Notes under the pieces: model-generated
Databases searched by the model: none
The model's input: the letters and a program-made list of their open reading frames with translations, nothing else
Told to the model about the DNA's origin: nothing
Position numbers and translations under genes: made by a program
Origin: an uncultured delta proteobacterium
GTDB taxonomy: Bacteria; Myxococcota_A; Polyangia; Fen-1088
Assembly: GCA_963796685.1 (NCBI GenBank)
Contig: CAWCMR010000025.1
Span: 448,001-512,000, forward strand
DNA length: 64,000 nt
Reading direction: 5' to 3'
Shown here: positions 60,644 through 64,000 of the stretch, in pieces
Layout: the number at the start of each line of letters is the position of its first letter
Position numbering within the stretch: the first letter of the stretch is position 1

Positions 60644-61816
60644 CTAGTCGTGCCCCAGGTCGCCGTCTTGGCGCCCGGTCAGGTCGATCACGGGCCCGCC
60701 GGTGTCCTCGTCCTGCATCCCGTGCATGAGGCGCGCCCTGACTCGCATCACCTGGCGCTCCTTGTAGCGTTCGTGGCTGTTCTCGCCGAGCTCGTTGGCC
60801 TCCGAGGTACGCGCGTCGACGATCTGAAACTCCGTCAGCACGAAGACCACGTTGCCGGTTTCGGCGAAGATCGGATCGTCGGGCGCAAGCCCGAGCTGCT
60901 TGTCCACACGCACCGGCAAATCCGCGACGAAATTGACCACCCGATAGCTTGGTCCGGAAAACTCGTTGGCTTGCAGCGATCGCTTGTCCGGGGTCTCGTT
61001 CGAAAGCTCGAGAAAGTCGGCGAGGTGGCCGCGCAGGGTGGGGTTGCGCTCGACGAACGACTGCAAGTCGACGATGTCGTTCTGCGACTCGGCGGGGATG
61101 ACGTAGTTGAAGGGGACCAAGCGCTGCAAGAGCTCGCGCAGCACGAAGACGATCTCCTCCTCGGTACGCGTGATCATGCGAAAGCGCAGCTTGTCGTAGA
61201 CGTGGGCCGCGATGTTGTCGCGCTTGGCGAGCAGCTTGGTGATGAGGCTGTCCTGCTCCTTGCGGCTCCACTCGAACTCGACGATCTGGCAACCCGCGCC
61301 CTTCATCTCCTCGACGGTGCGCAGGACCTTGTCCTCGACGACCTGGAAGATCTGGTCCGCGCTGACGGCCAGCCGTGTCGCCAGCTCTCCTGCCGCGAGG
61401 TGGTGAAGCACGTGCATCACCTTGAGCACCACGCAGGCTTGGGTGCGACGCTTGCCCTTCTGGGACGCCACGAGCAGAAGGTCTCGCGCCGGCACCCGCA
61501 CGGCCACATCCTCGGATACCCGGAAGCCCAGGTAACGTTCGAGATACTCGATGGCCTGTTCGCGCAGATCCTCCAGGCGCGCGATATCGTCGGGGTTGCC
61601 GGGATCGATCTCGTTGATGCGTAGGAAGCGGTCGACCTGCTGGCGATCGGTGAAATACAGGCGGTGCCAATCGATGACCGAGCCGCCGCGCAAAAGGTTT
61701 CTGACCGCGGTGAGATCCACGCTGGCGAAGCCGGACACGCGTTCGAGGTCGGACGCGTCCCCCGCGGCGTCGGGGCGCCCGGATTGCGAAGAAGGTTCAG
61801 AGGTTACCAGCGTCAT
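60644..61816 (-). CDS. TIGR04552-like protein with RelA/SpoT-synthetase-like motifs
   Basis: LRGGSVIDW, SRK..SLITKLLAK, YDKLRFR, EFQIVD, NSHERYK. Confidence 0.75.
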   Translation of the reverse strand: MTLVTSEPSSQSGRPDAAGDASDLERVSGFASVDLTAVRNLLRGGSVIDWHRLYFTDRQQVDRFLRINEIDPGNPDDIARLEDLREQAIEYLERYLGFRVSEDVAVRVPARDLLLVASQKGKRRTQACVVLKVMHVLHHLAAGELATRLAVSADQIFQVVEDKVLRTVEEMKGAGCQIVEFEWSRKEQDSLITKLLAKRDNIAAHVYDKLRFRMITRTEEEIVFVLRELLQRLVPFNYVIPAESQNDIVDLQSFVERNPTLRGHLADFLELSNETPDKRSLQANEFSGPSYRVVNFVADLPVRVDKQLGLAPDDPIFAETGNVVFVLTEFQIVDARTSEANELGENSHERYKERQVMRVRARLMHGMQDEDTGGPVIDLTGRQDGDLGHD

Positions 61817-62081
61817 GCAGCCCTAGCCATCGGCCAAAAGTGGCTGGGAGTGTAGGCGCACCGGCACGCACCGGCAAGGTGAATCCACCCAGCAATCGAC
61901 CCCTGTGAAGGTCGGCTGGGCTTGGTCGCGCGACGCCCTAGAGCTTGCCCCGGACGGGCTTACCAATGCGTAGCGTCGCAAGGAAGATGGCCACGGCACC
62001 GAGCGATGTAACGGCGCTTCCAATGACGGGAATTGTAGACATAGATATTACTATATCCTACATGTAGTCAGACGCAAGAAT

Positions 62082-63812
62082 TCACCGTCTGCGCCTGCGG
62101 GCGCGACGCCCTTGCATGATGGCTCCAAGCAGCAACAATCCCATGAAGACCGAAAAGAATAGCGCCACCTTCTCTTCGAGGACCTGCCCGCGACCTTCGT
62201 AGACGAGCGAAACGCAGAAGCTTACGGCGCCCAGGAACCCCCACAAAAACTTGTGCCCCAAAGCATAGAACGCTTCCGCGGATTCCTCGAGGCGACGCAC
62301 GCGAACCTGAATGTCGCCGCGCGTGGCCAGGTTGAGAAACCGCCCAAGCTCGCTGGGCAAGGCGAGGGCCGAGAGCGTGGCTTCCCGGGCGGTCTCGAGA
62401 ACCGTCTCCGACCACTCCTTGCGTTCACCCAGGATGAAGCGGTCGACGTAGGGCTGGATGACGTCGGCCGGGTTGAGCTCGGGCGCCAAGGTCGTGCACA
62501 CACCGAGCAGGAGCAGCAGGGTCCGTTCGAGCAGCACCCATTCGCCCGGCACGTGAAAGGCGTCGCGTAGATCGGCCAAGGAAACGTCCAGCTGACGCAA
62601 GTCGAGCAGGGTGGCGATCTGTCCGCGCAGATCGAGTCCCGAGCTGAGGCTGCCGGTAGAGAACTGCTGGAAACGCATCTGCGAGCGGAAGGTCTCGTAG
62701 AAATGCTCGATGACCCGGTCGAAGACCTCGTGATCCGCGTGGCGCGAGATGAAGCCCATCTCCTTCATGGCCGCGACGATGCGCCCCACATCGCGCGTGA
62801 CCGCGCCTTGCAGGAAGGACACGATCCCCTTGCGCATGCCGGGCGAGACGCGCCCCGTGGCGCCAAAATCGAGAAACACGAGGACGGGATCGCTCCCGCC
62901 GCCGGGACCGGCCGCCAGCAGCAGATTCCCCGGGTGCGGATCCGCGTGGTAGATGCCGTCGACGAAGATTTGTTTGCAGTAGGCCTCGATGCACAAGCGA
63001 CCCGCCTTCATGCGGTCGATGCCCGCGCTGGCGATACCCGGCAGATCGCCGATCTTCACGCCATCCACCCATTGTGCGATCAGCACGCGCGAGGTCGAGT
63101 AGTCGCCGACCACGCGCGGAATGAGAACGTCGGTTCGACCGGTGAAATTGTTGGCGATGGCGGCCATGGCCTCGGCTTCTTGCCGATAATCGAGCTCGGC
63201 CAGAACCATCTTCTTGATTTCGCCGTAGATCACGTTCCAGCCCCAGTCGGGAAGCAGGCGCGCGGCCAGACGCGAGATGCGCTTGAGCGCCCGCAGATCG
63301 GTGGCCACGATGGTCTCGATGTCGGGATACTGGACCTTGACCGCGACCTTTTCCCCCGAGCGCAAGCGCGCCACGTGCACCTGCCCGATGGAGGCCGAGG
63401 CAATGGGGTTCTCGTCGAACTCGGCAAAGACCTCGCGCGGAGACCTGCCGCCGAGCTCTTCGCGCAGGCGAATCTCGATCTCGGCGAAGGGACGTGGCGG
63501 CACGCTGTCTTGCAGGGTTTCGAGCTCCTTGCGGAAGGCCTCGGGAAGCAGGTTGGCCATCACGCTGATGAGCTGCCCCACCTTGATGAAGAGTCCCTGC
63601 AAATCGACGATGGCGGCGAGGACGCGTCGGGCGTTCTTGCGATGCGCTCGATCGGCCAGCTGCACCGCCTTCTCGCTGCTGCGCAAGCGGCGGCGCAGCG
63701 AATAGAGGGCGTACGACAACACCACCTGCATGGTCACGAAGTAGGCGCGCAGCAGGCGCCGGGTGGGCCTACGAAGTGCCGCGGTCCGCGCCGTGCGAGG
63801 GGTGGCTGTCAT
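62082..63812 (-). CDS. ABC1/UbiB/AarF-family atypical kinase
   Basis: FIKVGQ, LQD.VPP, ASASIGQVH, VAVKVQYP, ELDY..EA, HADPHPGN, DFG. Confidence 0.93.
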   Translation of the reverse strand: MTATPRTARTAALRRPTRRLLRAYFVTMQVVLSYALYSLRRRLRSSEKAVQLADRAHRKNARRVLAAIVDLQGLFIKVGQLISVMANLLPEAFRKELETLQDSVPPRPFAEIEIRLREELGGRSPREVFAEFDENPIASASIGQVHVARLRSGEKVAVKVQYPDIETIVATDLRALKRISRLAARLLPDWGWNVIYGEIKKMVLAELDYRQEAEAMAAIANNFTGRTDVLIPRVVGDYSTSRVLIAQWVDGVKIGDLPGIASAGIDRMKAGRLCIEAYCKQIFVDGIYHADPHPGNLLLAAGPGGGSDPVLVFLDFGATGRVSPGMRKGIVSFLQGAVTRDVGRIVAAMKEMGFISRHADHEVFDRVIEHFYETFRSQMRFQQFSTGSLSSGLDLRGQIATLLDLRQLDVSLADLRDAFHVPGEWVLLERTLLLLLGVCTTLAPELNPADVIQPYVDRFILGERKEWSETVLETAREATLSALALPSELGRFLNLATRGDIQVRVRRLEESAEAFYALGHKFLWGFLGAVSFCVSLVYEGRGQVLEEKVALFFSVFMGLLLLGAIMQGRRARRRRR

Positions 63813-63943
63813 GGGGGAGGCAGCATATCCCGGTGGCCGAGCGCATGCACGCGCCGCCGGCAGTAGGTTGCCCGCGTGCAGTGGCGGCCATCGAGGCGGC
63901 AACGGTCGGGACTTTCGCCGAGGGCTGTACTAGGCTTGCGTCC

Positions 63944-64000
63944 ATGGCAGACGAAGCGAAGCGGGACGACCGCCAGACCGGCGAGCCCTTCGAGAACGAG
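63944..64000 (+). CDS. Possible start of a gene running off the window
   Basis: ATG 63944 MADEAKRDDRQTGEPFENE, open to the edge. Confidence 0.4.
   Translation, partial: MADEAKRDDRQTGEPFENE

Overview
High-GC bacterial chromosomal window, most likely Myxococcota/Polyangia (inferred from a MYXO-CTERM sorting tail, a TIGR04552-like gene, an AgmC-like adhesin and many Cys-rich lipoproteins). It carries housekeeping genes (pnt, hslO, rnhB, tadA, amidase, prkA-yeaH-spoVR, tsaA, yqgE, a dnaK paralogue, argG, coaE, engB, rimI, moxR/DUF58/batA, desaturase, bcp, rhomboid, ABC1 kinase) interleaved with surface-protein modules. Main points of interest: (1) a transhydrogenase operon with an extra alpha2/beta pair that has lost the proton-channel residues but kept the NADP(H)-binding domain; (2) two near-identical class IIC-type group II introns inserted at different sites in one nested palindromic REP-like mosaic; (3) a dispersed ~200-bp element with ATCCCGCGA/TCGCGGGAT ends, in three same-orientation copies upstream of genes; (4) two OmpA/TSP3 plus surface-protein modules, one followed by an MshEN-PilT fusion; (5) an RSH-synthetase-like TIGR04552 protein; (6) seven single-base frameshifts, most at AGCT or GATC tetramers, which look like methylation-linked sequencing errors rather than true pseudogenes. 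Family assignments come from motif recognition by eye; no database searches were run.
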